Origin: Bacillota bacterium
Lineage (GTDB): Bacteria > Bacillota > Clostridia > Tissierellales > MES13
DNA length: 64,000 nucleotides
NCBI GenBank assembly: GCA_009711765.1
Contig: VEND01000074.1
Span: 6,835-70,834 of the forward strand
Reading direction: 5' to 3'
Position numbers and translations under genes: made by a program. The notes below the pieces were generated by a model. It ran no database searches and was not told the DNA's origin. It saw only the letters and a list, made by a program, of their open reading frames with translations. How positions within the stretch are numbered: position 1 is the first letter of the stretch; every line of letters begins with the position of its first letter. This document shows, piece by piece, positions 9,928 through 19,826 of the stretch.

Positions 9928-10965
9928 TTATTCTACTAAAATAGGGTATTTATCCTTTTTAATTACTTCTCCTATTATTCTGCATTCAGTAGGATGATTT
10001 TTAAGTTCTTCTAAAAGTAATTTAGCTTTATCTTTTTCAACTGATATTAATAATCCTCCAGAAGTTTGAGGATCATACATTATATCTTTAATTTCTTGAT
10101 TTATGTCATTTTCAAATTTTACTTTATCTCCTATAAAATTCATATTTGAATAACTTCCAGCAGGAACCAATCCCATAGATGCAAATTCCTTTGCCTCTTC
10201 TATAATAGGTAATTTTTCACTATAAATTTTAAGTGTTACATCGCTACCTTCAGCCATTTCTAGTCCATGACCTAATAATCCAAAACCAGTTACATCAGTA
10301 CAACTATTAACCCCTATATTAACCATTGCATCCTTAGCCTTTTTATTTAGGGTTGTCATTATTTTTACTGCTTCATTGTAGGTTTTTTCATCTGTCATTT
10401 GAGCTTTTATAGCAGTATTAATAACACCTAATCCAATTGGTTTTGTTAATATTAAATAATCACCAACTTTAGCATCACTATTTGTAAGTACATCACCAGG
10501 ATGTATAAAACCTGTTACTGTTAACCCATATTTAGGCTCATCATCTTCTACTGTATGTCCTCCGACAATAATTGCCTTAGCCTCTTTTACTTTATCAGAA
10601 CCACCCTTTAAAATTTCAGCCATTACATCTGTCGATAAACAGTTTGGAAAACAAATAATATTCATAGCTAAACTTGGATCTCCTCCCATTGCATATACAT
10701 CACTCAATGCATTAGTTGCTGCAATTTGTCCAAATATAAAAGGATCATCTACTACGGGAGTAAAAAAGTCTATAGTTTGTATCATTGCTTTATTATCATC
10801 AATTTTATAAACAGCTGCATCATCTGAAGTGTCTAAACCTACAAGTAAATTATCATCTTCAACTTTCGGTAACTGACACAGAACCTGTGCCAAGGTATCA
10901 GGACCTATTTTAGCTGCTCATCCTGATGTTTTAGTTAATTCTGTTAAACGTTTTTTTTCAGTCAT
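9928..10965 (-). CDS. selD: Selenide, water dikinase; selenoprotein (Sec at codon 16)
   Basis: GGAGGGG RBS and ATG at 10965: MTEKKRLTELTKTSG-U(TGA 10918-10920)-AAKIGPDTLAQV, in frame with the ORF-track fragment; DFFTP, NALSDVYAMGG, TDVTGFGLLGH. Confidence 0.97.
10874..10892 (-). promoter_or_regulatory. SECIS-like hairpin in selD mRNA
   Basis: UGGCACAG-GUU-CUGUGUCA stem-loop starting 25 nt 3' of the UGA. Confidence 0.7.
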
Positions 10966-10975
10966 TGTACCCCTC

Positions 10976-11575
10976 CTAATATGCTACTATTGAATCTTTA
11001 ATTGCAGCAAATTTTTTTCTTCCTATACCTGAAACATTCATTATTTCTTCAATTTTATTAAATCTTTTATTCTTTCTATACTCAATAATTCTCACAGCAA
11101 GTGCTTCTCCTATTCCATCTAATCTTTCTAAATCTTTAGCACTTGCATTATTTATATCTATTTTATCATTAATATCACTTAATGTAACATCTTCATTTAT
11201 TTTTTCTCCTTTTTTAGGAACATATACTTTTGCTTGATCTTTTAATATTAAAGCGAGGTTTATTTTATCTACATCTGCTTTTTCTGTTAAGCCTTGGGCC
11301 TCTTTAATGGCGTCTATAACCCTTAAACCTTCCTTTAATATAACTAACCCTGGCTTATTAACTTCGCCGCTTACATGGACCATAATGACCCTTTCAGGCT
11401 CTTCTTTTTCTAAAACCTCTTTCTTTGTAATATTTTCAATTACTTCACTAGTATTATCTTCTTTATTTATTATTTTAATATCTTCATTATTTGATATTTT
11501 AAAACCTACAAAGCCTAATATACAAATAACTAGTATTAGTATAACCATTTCTTGTTTTTTTGTAAAGTTACCCAT
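10976..11575 (-). CDS. comEA: ComEA-family DNA-binding protein (SLBB + HhH)
   Basis: N-terminal TM, VHVSGEVNKPG, IDINNAS..L..LDGIG..LA, VSGIG. Confidence 0.92.
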   Translation of the reverse strand: MGNFTKKQEMVILILVICILGFVGFKISNNEDIKIINKEDNTSEVIENITKKEVLEKEEPERVIMVHVSGEVNKPGLVILKEGLRVIDAIKEAQGLTEKADVDKINLALILKDQAKVYVPKKGEKINEDVTLSDINDKIDINNASAKDLERLDGIGEALAVRIIEYRKNKRFNKIEEIMNVSGIGRKKFAAIKDSIVAY

Positions 11576-11722
11576 ATAACCACCCCTAAATTAAATTATA
11601 TATATTGTATTAACTAATATTAATATAGTTATACAATATTTTTAATTTACTTACATAGTCCTAGTATTTTATTCTTAAAATTACATGTTTTTTCTGGTAT
11701 ACTATATAGATAGATAAAAGGG

Positions 11723-13036
11723 GTGAAAATATTGAAAAAAATCCTAGTAATAACACTTATATTAATTATAGTATTAAATCTAACACAAATAACCTATGCA
11801 GATACATTATCTATTCCAGCAGAAACAGCAGTTTTAATCGATGCAAAGACAGGTAATGTTCTTTATAATAAAAATATGGACAAACAAATGTATCCTGCAA
11901 GCACTACAAAAATTATGACTGCAATTTTAGCTTTAGAAAAAACTGACTTAGATAATATAGTTACAGTAGATTCTAAAACTCCCTATGAAACTCAACAAGG
12001 AGATAGTTCCCATATCGCCTTAAGGCCTGGTGAAAGACTTACAATGAGGGATTTATTACATGCTCTGTTGATTGAATCTGCAAATGATGCAGCTGTTGTA
12101 ATTGCTAGATATATATCTGGATCAGTTGAGGATTTTTCAAAACTTATGAATGAGAAAGCTAAAGAAATAGGAGCTAAAAATACTCACTTTACAAACCCTA
12201 ATGGTTTGCCTGATGAAAATCATACTACAACAGCATATGATTTAGCTATTATGGCAAAATATGCAATGGAAAAACAGACCTTTAGAGAAATAGTAAGTAA
12301 GTATAAATACAGTATAAGTAAAACAAATAAACAACCTATAAGATACCTAAAATCAGCTAACAGATTACTTTATGGTGTTGGCGCAAGTAATCAGATAAAT
12401 GTTAATGGTAATTATGTTGATATTAAATATGATGGTGTAAATGGTATAAAAACAGGTTATACTTTTGCTGCTCAAAATTGTTTAGTATCATCAGCTAAGC
12501 AAGGAAATAAAGACTTAATAGCAGTTGTACTTCACTGTCAAGGTAGAAATGTATATATAGCTACCCATAAATTATTAAATTATGGCTTTGAAAATTTTGA
12601 GAGTAAAAAAATTGCTTTTAAAAGGGAATTTATTGAAAACATTAAAGTTGAACATGGAGATATGCCCTATGTTACTGGTATAATTGGTAAAGATCTTTAT
12701 ATAAACATTCCTAAGGGTAGAGATGAAGATGTAAAAAGAAATATAGTATTAGGTGAAAAGATACAAGCGCCAATAAAAGAAAATCAAGTATTAGGTAAAG
12801 TTGAATATAGCTTAGATGATGAAATTCTAGGTACTACAAATATAGTATCAGCTACTAACATAAATATGAAACCAATATATAAAGTAGTTAATAATACAAA
12901 CGATAGTATATTTAAAAAATGGTGGTTTTGGATTATAATAATATTTATACTTTGGAGAGTATTTATTATGTATAGAAGATATAAAAAGAAAAAATTAAGA
13001 AGAAAAAAAAGATACAATATATATAATAACTATTAA
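11723..13036 (+). CDS. D-alanyl-D-alanine carboxypeptidase (peptidase S11)
   Basis: Signal peptide, PASTTK (SxxK), SAN (SxN), KTG, C-terminal TM plus basic tail. Confidence 0.95.
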   Translation: MKILKKILVITLILIIVLNLTQITYADTLSIPAETAVLIDAKTGNVLYNKNMDKQMYPASTTKIMTAILALEKTDLDNIVTVDSKTPYETQQGDSSHIALRPGERLTMRDLLHALLIESANDAAVVIARYISGSVEDFSKLMNEKAKEIGAKNTHFTNPNGLPDENHTTTAYDLAIMAKYAMEKQTFREIVSKYKYSISKTNKQPIRYLKSANRLLYGVGASNQINVNGNYVDIKYDGVNGIKTGYTFAAQNCLVSSAKQGNKDLIAVVLHCQGRNVYIATHKLLNYGFENFESKKIAFKREFIENIKVEHGDMPYVTGIIGKDLYINIPKGRDEDVKRNIVLGEKIQAPIKENQVLGKVEYSLDDEILGTTNIVSATNINMKPIYKVVNNTNDSIFKKWWFWIIIIFILWRVFIMYRRYKKKKLRRKKRYNIYNNY

Positions 13037-13087
13037 AATATTATCATATTAATTCTAACCTATTAATTTGAAAAAGATAAAAAAAAT

Positions 13088-13136
13088 AATAAAACCTCCT
13101 AAAGTAAATATTATATCTACTTTAGGAGGTTTTATT
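13088..13136. terminator. Bidirectional terminator between convergent genes
   Basis: aataaaacctcctaaagta...tactttaggaggttttatt. Confidence 0.85.
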
Positions 13137-13157
13137 CATTCATAAATTATCTTTACT

Positions 13158-13538
13158 TTATACTATTGCCATTGCTTCTACTTCTATATTACCATCTAAA
13201 GGCAATCTAGCTACTTCAACACAAGACCTAGCAGGCTTATTTTTGTTAAAGTATTTTGCATATACTTCATTTATTTTACTAAACTGGTCCATATCCTTAA
13301 TAAAAACTGTTACTTTAACAACATCCTCTAATGTTGCTCCTCCTTCTTTTAAAACTTCTTTTAAGTTTTCTAAAACGAATTCTGTTTCCTTTTTAATATC
13401 CCCTTTAAGAAGTTCTCCTGTTTCAGTATTTATTGGTAATTGTCCAGATGTAAAAATCATATTGCCTTTTTTTATACCTTGAGAATAAGGTCCTAAAGCC
13501 TTTGGCGCTTTATCTGTAGAAATAACTTCGCTTTTCAA
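13158..13538 (-). CDS. ridA: RidA family enamine/imine deaminase (intact)
   Basis: APKALGPYSQG, FTSGQLP, KPARSCVEVARLP, IEVEAMA. Confidence 0.95.
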   Translation of the reverse strand: MKSEVISTDKAPKALGPYSQGIKKGNMIFTSGQLPINTETGELLKGDIKKETEFVLENLKEVLKEGGATLEDVVKVTVFIKDMDQFSKINEVYAKYFNKNKPARSCVEVARLPLDGNIEVEAMAIV

Positions 13539-13570
13539 TTAAATTCCTCCTTATTTTTTATTAAACTTAA

Positions 13571-14218
13571 TTATTTATTCTCTCTTATTTCATCTAAATA
13601 ATTATATATAGTATATCTAGACACACAAAGGACTTCTGCTACATAATCCACTGCTCCTTTTATAAGGAAAGTCCCTTTATCATCTAATTCCTTAACAACC
13701 TTTACTTTATCTTCTTTATTTAAATAAGCAACAGGTTTACCTAGTTTGTCTAAAACCTTATTTACAACACTATAAAGTATTTCATTTATGTTATTACTAT
13801 AAGTTTCTTCTTCTTTATGTTTACCATCATCTAAAGTTCTTGCTAAATCATCTATAACATTTTTAGCTACAACAAATTCTGAAATATCCATGTTTATACA
13901 AAGACAACCAACTACTTCTCCCTTTTCATCCTTTATAAACAAAGTAGAAGATTTTAAAGTCCTTCCATCATGGGTTATTGTCTTATAACTTATCAAATTT
14001 TTATTATATTCTTCATTTCTTATTGCCTTTAATCCTCTTTCAGTCATAGGGCTTCCAACGTCTCTTCCTGTTACATGTCCATTCGCTATGGCGATTACTG
14101 ATCCTTGGGGTTCATTTATATCATGTAATACAACTTCACAATTATTTCCAAATGTACTAGCAATATAACCAACCAATTGTTTCATGTTTTCTAATAATGG
14201 ATGTACCTTTTTACTCAT
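13571..14218 (-). CDS. YheO-like PAS + HTH transcriptional regulator
   Basis: FGNNCEVVLHD, NGHVTGR.VG.P, LKSST, LCIN.D, KGAVDYVAEVLCVSRYTIYNYL. Confidence 0.92.
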   Translation of the reverse strand: MSKKVHPLLENMKQLVGYIASTFGNNCEVVLHDINEPQGSVIAIANGHVTGRDVGSPMTERGLKAIRNEEYNKNLISYKTITHDGRTLKSSTLFIKDEKGEVVGCLCINMDISEFVVAKNVIDDLARTLDDGKHKEEETYSNNINEILYSVVNKVLDKLGKPVAYLNKEDKVKVVKELDDKGTFLIKGAVDYVAEVLCVSRYTIYNYLDEIRENK

Positions 14219-14280
14219 TATTTCACCTCACCTTTAAACTTTTTACAAAATTTGTAATGATTAAAATCTATTAATAAATA

Positions 14281-14307
14281 ATTCGATATAATTATTAATT
14301 TTCCTTC
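14281..14307 (-). promoter_or_regulatory. Sigma-H-type promoter
   Basis: GAAGGAAAA-11 nt-ATCGAAT, full match to the sigma-H consensus. Confidence 0.65.
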
Positions 14308-14492
14308 ATATTTCTATTAAATGTTCTTAATATTTTCTTAAAGCAGTAAGTAAATAACAACTTTTTAACATAACCGTCTCTACTTTATTATTTCGGAATT
14401 TTTAGAAAATATAAGTACAGAAAAAGGACTAAAAAAACTTCTCATCCCTACTATCTAAGGATGGGAAGCTTATAACTAAAGAAAAATACTTT

Positions 14493-14855
14493 TTAGTTAT
14501 ATGTTATAAATTTATCAACATCTATATCCTCAGCATCTACCCAGAGTCTTTCAAGATTATAAAATTCTCTATCTTCTTTATAAAAGATATGGGCTACTAT
14601 TTCTCCAAAATCTAGTAATATCCATCTCCCTACATTATGTCCTTCTTTATTTTTTAATATATATCCTAACTTATACATCTTTTCTTCTATTCCCTTAGCA
14701 ATAGCTTTAACCTGTCTTTCAGAATTACCACTGCATATAAGAAAATAATCTGTTATGGTAGTTAATTTTTTAATATCTAATAATTTTATATCAAAGGCTT
14801 TTTTTTCATCAGCCGCCTTTAAGATAGTTGTTATCATGTTATTTGCATCTGTCAC
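14493..14855 (-). CDS. rsfS: Ribosome silencing factor
   Basis: AADEKKAFDI, DYFLICSGNSERQVKAIA, WILLDFG, REFYNLERLW; GTG start 14855 after AGGAGG. Confidence 0.95.
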   Translation of the reverse strand: MTDANNMITTILKAADEKKAFDIKLLDIKKLTTITDYFLICSGNSERQVKAIAKGIEEKMYKLGYILKNKEGHNVGRWILLDFGEIVAHIFYKEDREFYNLERLWVDAEDIDVDKFITYN

Positions 14856-14856
14856 T

Positions 14857-15438
14857 TTAATTACCCTCCTGTTTATTTTCATTTATTAGTGAATTTCTTG
14901 CTTTAATAGTATTCATATGAATTAATAAATCCCTGTCTATAATATATTTTATTGTATTATTCATTGATAATATTAATGCTTGTTCTAAATCTCTATATGC
15001 TATATATCTAATATTTTCTATGCCATTAAATTTTCTATTAGGCTCAATATAATCTGATATATAAACTATCTTCTCTAAAATAGTCATATTTTCTCTCCCA
15101 GTTGTATGAAACCTAATTGCGTCTAATATCTCTTTATCCTCTACATTATATTCCTTATTAGCAACTTCTGCACCTAATGGACCATGGATCAGTGAAGGAC
15201 TTTTTTTCATAGTATTATCTAAAATTATACCAAACTCATATGCTCTTTTCAATAAAAGCTGTATATCCTTATATTTTGCACAATCATGTAATAAACCTGC
15301 AATTGCTGCCTTTTTTTTATCGACATTATATTTTTTTGCTAACTTTATAGCTGTTTTCATAACTCCTAAAGAATGGTTGTATCTTTTATTTCCTATTGCA
15401 TTTTTTAGTTTATCTTCATATGTGTTAATAAGACCCAT
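14857..15438 (-). CDS. yqeK: HD-domain Ap4A hydrolase
   Basis: RYNHSLGV, GLLHDCAK, HTTG, SDYIEP.R; position after nadD. Confidence 0.93.
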   Translation of the reverse strand: MGLINTYEDKLKNAIGNKRYNHSLGVMKTAIKLAKKYNVDKKKAAIAGLLHDCAKYKDIQLLLKRAYEFGIILDNTMKKSPSLIHGPLGAEVANKEYNVEDKEILDAIRFHTTGRENMTILEKIVYISDYIEPNRKFNGIENIRYIAYRDLEQALILSMNNTIKYIIDRDLLIHMNTIKARNSLINENKQEGN

Positions 15439-15448
15439 ACTATCCCCC

Positions 15449-16063
15449 TTAACGATACAAACAATTTTTATCTATATAATATTTTACAGGGTCTGGTAAT
15501 AGATATTTAACAGACCTTTCATCCTTTATCCTTTGTCTGATATCTGTAGAGGATATCTGCAAAGCAGAAACGGATATATTATATATATTCCTATTATATC
15601 TTTTTTCAAGATTTTTAATTTCTGTTTCAATTTTAGATAACTCAAATCCAGGTCTTGTTGCTGTAACAAACTTACACAGGTTTAAAAGTTCGCTAACATT
15701 TTTCCAAGTGTGAAGTTCAAGTAATGCATCTGCCCCTGTTATAAAATAAAACTCAGTGTCTTTATATTTACTTCTAAAGGCTTTTATTGTATCAATGGTA
15801 TAACTGATACCTTCCCTTTCCACTTCAATAGAAGATACTTTAAAATTTGGATTTGTTACTGTTGCTAATAAAGTCATTAAATATCTATCCTTAGCATCAG
15901 TTAATTCTTTATTATCCTTATGGGGAGGATTTCCTGTTGGTACAAATATAACTTTATCTAAGTTAAGTTTATGTCTTATCTCTTCTGCAACTACTAGATG
16001 TCCTAGATGTATAGGATTAAATGTCCCTCCCATTACTCCGTACTTTTTTTTCTGTGGTGACAT
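15449..16063 (-). CDS. nadD: Nicotinate-nucleotide adenylyltransferase
   Basis: [29 protein letters not shown]. Confidence 0.97.
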   Translation of the reverse strand: MSPQKKKYGVMGGTFNPIHLGHLVVAEEIRHKLNLDKVIFVPTGNPPHKDNKELTDAKDRYLMTLLATVTNPNFKVSSIEVEREGISYTIDTIKAFRSKYKDTEFYFITGADALLELHTWKNVSELLNLCKFVTATRPGFELSKIETEIKNLEKRYNRNIYNISVSALQISSTDIRQRIKDERSVKYLLPDPVKYYIDKNCLYR

Positions 16064-16161
16064 TATAAAACCTCCGTTTAAATTCTATATCTTCTATTAT
16101 ATATCAAATGAATTATATCTTAAACACTAAAATATAAAACCCCCTTAATAAATCAAGGGGG

Positions 16162-16350
16162 TTAACATTGGGTATCAATAAAATTCTTTATCATATTGAT
16201 TTCATTTTCATCATAGGAAATTATATCATCAATCTTTTCTTGTTCAAAATTTTTGAAAAAAGCTTTTAATTCTCCAGCATTTCCATCTTCATATCTTATG
16301 CATTTAAAACCTTCACTATATAACTTCTTTAATTTTTCAATATTCTCCAT
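16162..16350 (-). CDS. Small hypothetical protein (62 aa)
   Basis: AGGGAG RBS, own downstream hairpin (16136-16163), sigma-E-like promoter upstream. Confidence 0.7.
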   Translation of the reverse strand: MENIEKLKKLYSEGFKCIRYEDGNAGELKAFFKNFEQEKIDDIISYDENEINMIKNFIDTQC

Positions 16351-16380
16351 ACAATCAACTCCCTAAGATATTTATTTATT

Positions 16381-16409
16381 ATTATATGGAGTTTATTAAA
16401 AATTATATG
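16381..16409 (-). promoter_or_regulatory. Sporulation sigma-E-like promoter
   Basis: CATA-17 nt-CATATAAT fits the ATA-16/18-cATAcanT consensus. Confidence 0.45.
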
Positions 16410-16703
16410 TTATTTTGGTAGTTCTATTTTTTTATTTTCCTCAGATTCTTTATAAATAACAAACTTATTTCCTATACTTTGTACATATTCAGCATCAGCT
16501 TTTTTACAAACTTCATTAGCTGCTTCTTTAGGGTCTAAGAAACTATTATCTAATACATTTACCTTAACTATTTCTCTAGCCTCTAAAGCATCATTTAATT
16601 CCTTAACAAAGTTTTTTGTAATTCCGTTTTTACCTAATTGAAATATAGGATTTAATCCATTTGCTATACTTTTTAAATAACTTCTTTGCTTCCCTGTTAA
16701 CAC
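16410..16703 (-). CDS. yhbY: CRM-domain ribosome assembly RNA-binding protein
   Basis: MLTGKQRSYLKS.A..L.P..QLGKNG, LEAREIVKV, VQSIG. Confidence 0.95.
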   Translation of the reverse strand: MLTGKQRSYLKSIANGLNPIFQLGKNGITKNFVKELNDALEAREIVKVNVLDNSFLDPKEAANEVCKKADAEYVQSIGNKFVIYKESEENKKIELPK

Positions 16704-16717
16704 TTTATCACTCCTTA

Positions 16718-16903
16718 TTAAAATAGCTCTGAATCGTTTCTTGTATTCCTTCTGTTTATCTCATAATTTTTAGTTCCCTTTTTCCATCCAGTTCTAATCT
16801 TTTCACTGGGTTGATATTTTTCATTAATAACTATTTCATTTTTTGATAAGCAATAATAAGTAGGTTGATTTTCTTTACAATTATTACAATTGAAACAGTC
16901 CAT
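16718..16903 (-). CDS. Small Cys-rich hypothetical protein (61 aa)
   Basis: GGAGG RBS; fills the obgE-yhbY gap; CFNCNNC-x8-C. Confidence 0.72.
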   Translation of the reverse strand: MDCFNCNNCKENQPTYYCLSKNEIVINEKYQPSEKIRTGWKKGTKNYEINRRNTRNDSELF

Positions 16904-16922
16904 TTTTACTTTTTACCTCCAA

Positions 16923-18212
16923 TTAATCAATAAACTCAAATTCATATCCACAAACATTTACCGTTTCTTCTTCATCTATACCTAAGTCTCTTAATTCTTT
17001 AATTATTCCTAAATCCCTTAATCTCTTTTGGAAATAACTCATAGATTCAAAGCTATCAAAATTAACAGAATCTAGTAACCTTTCAACTACTGGACCTTCC
17101 ACTAAGTATTTACCATTTTCTTTTCTAACTTCAAATCCTTTTTCTTTCTTTTTAGGTTCATATACTACTTTTTCTAAATCAGTTTCTATAATAGGTTCTA
17201 AATCTCCTATATTTTGAAGTTTATCATATATCACATATTTAAGCTTATCTATTCCTTTTTTAGTTACCGCTGAAATACTAAATAATTCAAATCCAAGTTT
17301 ATCTGTTTCTTTTTTTAATTTTTCAAAGCCCTCTTGAGACCTTGGAAGATCCATTTTATTAGCTACTACTATCTGAGGTCTGTTAGCTAATTTCTCGTTA
17401 TACTCATTTAATTCTTTATTTATTTTATGAAAATCATCAACAGGGTCTCTTCCTTCTTCAAAGGATACATCAATTATATGAACTAAAAGTTTAGTTCTTT
17501 CAACATGTCTTAAAAATTGATGTCCTAATCCAACTCCAGCATGTGCTCCTTCTATAAGTCCTGGTATATCAGCCATAACAAAACTTTTACCATTTCCTAC
17601 TCTAACTACTCCTAAATTAGGATTTATTGTTGTAAAATGATAATTTGCTATCTTAGGTTTTGCTTGTGATACAGTTGATAATAAAGTTGATTTTCCTACA
17701 TTAGGAAATCCTATTAATCCAACATCTGCTATCATTTTAAGCTCTAATACAGCCCAAATTTCTTCTCCTTTAGATCCACCTTCAGCAAAACTAGGAGCTT
17801 GTCTTGTGGAACTTGTAAATTTTTTATTACCTCTTCCACCTCTTCCTCCTTTAGCTATTACAAAGGTTTCATCTTTATCTACTAAATCAGCTATTACTCT
17901 GTTAGTTTCTTCATCCTTTATAATAGTACCCGGAGGTACTGAAATAATTATATTCTCACCATTTTTACCATATTTACCTTTGCTTTTTCCATTTTCTCCT
18001 GATTTTGCTTTGAAATGCTTTTTATATCTAAAATCAGCCAATGTGTTAATACCTTCATCTACTTTAAGTATCACACTACCTCCATGGCCTCCATCTCCCC
18101 CAGCAGGTCCCCCTGAGGGTTCAAATTTTTCCCTTCTCCAAGCTACGGCTCCATGTCCACCATTGCCGCCTTTAAAAAAGACTTTTACCTTGTCTACAAA
18201 CATCTTTATCAT
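16923..18212 (-). CDS. obgE: GTPase Obg
   Basis: Gly-rich Obg fold, GFPNVGKS, DIPG, NKMD, C-terminal OCT domain. Confidence 0.98.
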   Translation of the reverse strand: MIKMFVDKVKVFFKGGNGGHGAVAWRREKFEPSGGPAGGDGGHGGSVILKVDEGINTLADFRYKKHFKAKSGENGKSKGKYGKNGENIIISVPPGTIIKDEETNRVIADLVDKDETFVIAKGGRGGRGNKKFTSSTRQAPSFAEGGSKGEEIWAVLELKMIADVGLIGFPNVGKSTLLSTVSQAKPKIANYHFTTINPNLGVVRVGNGKSFVMADIPGLIEGAHAGVGLGHQFLRHVERTKLLVHIIDVSFEEGRDPVDDFHKINKELNEYNEKLANRPQIVVANKMDLPRSQEGFEKLKKETDKLGFELFSISAVTKKGIDKLKYVIYDKLQNIGDLEPIIETDLEKVVYEPKKKEKGFEVRKENGKYLVEGPVVERLLDSVNFDSFESMSYFQKRLRDLGIIKELRDLGIDEEETVNVCGYEFEFID

Positions 18213-18309
18213 CCTTACTTTCTTTGATAAGTTTATTATATATAGTTTTTATCAAAAGTCAATATTTTAGTATTATTATACCAACTTTTATAAAGTATAT
18301 TTATATTAA

Positions 18310-19083
18310 TTAAAAATCGTTAATAATATTTGAATATAACGTATCTTTAGGTTCTCTAGTCTTTGGTTTATTTAATTTAAATCTTATAATAATTTCAGAC
18401 TTTTCTATTTTAACTTCTTCAAATCCACATAATTTATCTAAATCTTCTTTAATAAAAGGTGTTTTAATATTAAATGTTAAATTATATTGATCTTCTTTTA
18501 TCTTTAGAATTATTACCTTTTTATTATAAACTTCACTAAAGTCAATTATATTATTAATTATTTCATTTAATCTATTAACTATGTATTTTTCATTTTCTAT
18601 ATCTCTATAACTTGTATCAAAACACTCATTTATATTATATATAAATTTTACTCCTTCATAACCTGCTTTTCTAATTTTTTTATCTAAAAGTAGTGATATT
18701 GAAGGAATAGATAAAGCATATACCTTACTGATATTTTGCGTAATATCAGTAACCTTTTTTATATGTTCTACTGCTTTATTTTCTTTTTTTATTTGTAAAT
18801 AACCATATATTATTTGTAATATATTCATATAATCATGTCTTTGTTCCCTTGATAAATTTCTAATATCGTTTATTAGACTTCCCTTTTTTTCATTTAGCTC
18901 TTTATATATTATAACGTGATTATTATAGATATAAAATATCAAAGTTATTAGTATAGTAAATAATATAAAATAAGAAATAACTCCTTGATAGTTAAATAAC
19001 TCAATTATTATATAAATAATTAAAAATAACAAACTAATAAGTCCAAACAATATATTTTTTGACTTTACCCTTTTAGAATCCAT
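18310..19083 (-). CDS. Spo0B-like phosphotransferase-domain protein with two N-terminal TM helices
   Basis: REQRHDYMNILQIIYGYLQI matches the Spo0B/CitA-type H-box; occupies the spo0B position between rpmA and obg; no G1/G2 ATP-binding boxes visible. Confidence 0.72.
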   Translation of the reverse strand: MDSKRVKSKNILFGLISLLFLIIYIIIELFNYQGVISYFILFTILITLIFYIYNNHVIIYKELNEKKGSLINDIRNLSREQRHDYMNILQIIYGYLQIKKENKAVEHIKKVTDITQNISKVYALSIPSISLLLDKKIRKAGYEGVKFIYNINECFDTSYRDIENEKYIVNRLNEIINNIIDFSEVYNKKVIILKIKEDQYNLTFNIKTPFIKEDLDKLCGFEEVKIEKSEIIIRFKLNKPKTREPKDTLYSNIINDF

Positions 19084-19156
19084 TATATACCCCCCTTTGA
19101 AATAATTTCCTATTCAATTGTACCATAAATTAAATTTAAAAGGAAAGTATATAAGA

Positions 19157-19183
19157 AAAAACCTACCGGAATTGGTAGGTTTA
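19157..19183 (-). terminator. Terminator after rpmA
   Basis: aaacctacc-ggaatt-ggtaggttt with T-tract on the minus strand. Confidence 0.75.
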
Positions 19184-19483
19184 TTTTGCATCTGCTACTG
19201 ATTCTATTGGGTACACACTAACTTGTTTTTTGTTTTTGCCTTTTCTTTCAAATTTTACTACTCCGTTTATTGTAGCAAATAAAGTATCGTCCCCACCTCT
19301 TTTTACATTAAATCCTGGGTGGATTTTTGTACCTCTTTGTCTTACTATTATATTTCCACTCACTACTTTTTGACCGTCAGCTCTCTTAACACCAAGTCTT
19401 TTAGACTCACTGTCACGGCCGTTTTTAGTACTACCTACTCCTTTTTTATGAGCAAAAAGTTGTAAATTCATTTTTATCAACAT
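19181..19483 (-). CDS. rpmA: 50S ribosomal protein L27 with Prp-cleaved N-terminal extension
   Basis: [25 protein letters not shown]. Confidence 0.98.
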   Translation of the reverse strand: MLIKMNLQLFAHKKGVGSTKNGRDSESKRLGVKRADGQKVVSGNIIVRQRGTKIHPGFNVKRGGDDTLFATINGVVKFERKGKNKKQVSVYPIESVADAK

Positions 19484-19819
19484 TTATTCCACCTCCCCGT
19501 ATTCGAGAGTTATATATTCTGGATACGACTCCATTGTACTCTTTATTCCTACTAAAATTGTTTCCATTACTACATTTGCCTTATCTCTTTTATCTGTATC
19601 AATATCCTCAGGTATTAATACTTCTAAGTAACCATCTTCCATATTTACTTTAATATTAATGTTACAAACTTCATTTAAAGAGTTTGCTCCTGTTATAGCT
19701 AAAACTGATACTGCAGAACATACTATATCCTTACCACTTTCTTCAAAGCCTGTATGTCCTTTAAGTATATACTTAACTATATCACCATTATTATTTTTGA
19801 AAAACTTAATGTTTGTCAT
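19484..19819 (-). CDS. prp: Ribosomal-processing cysteine protease
   Basis: GHTG...GKDIVCSAVS; located between rplU and rpmA. Confidence 0.95.
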   Translation of the reverse strand: MTNIKFFKNNNGDIVKYILKGHTGFEESGKDIVCSAVSVLAITGANSLNEVCNINIKVNMEDGYLEVLIPEDIDTDKRDKANVVMETILVGIKSTMESYPEYITLEYGEVE

Positions 19820-19826
19820 ATCTTAA

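Noticed and set aside
9928..10965. selD as a pseudogene or as the shorter 321-aa ORF
   Set aside because: The stop is TGA at the catalytic Cys/Sec position, with a SECIS-like hairpin and full Sec machinery adjacent.
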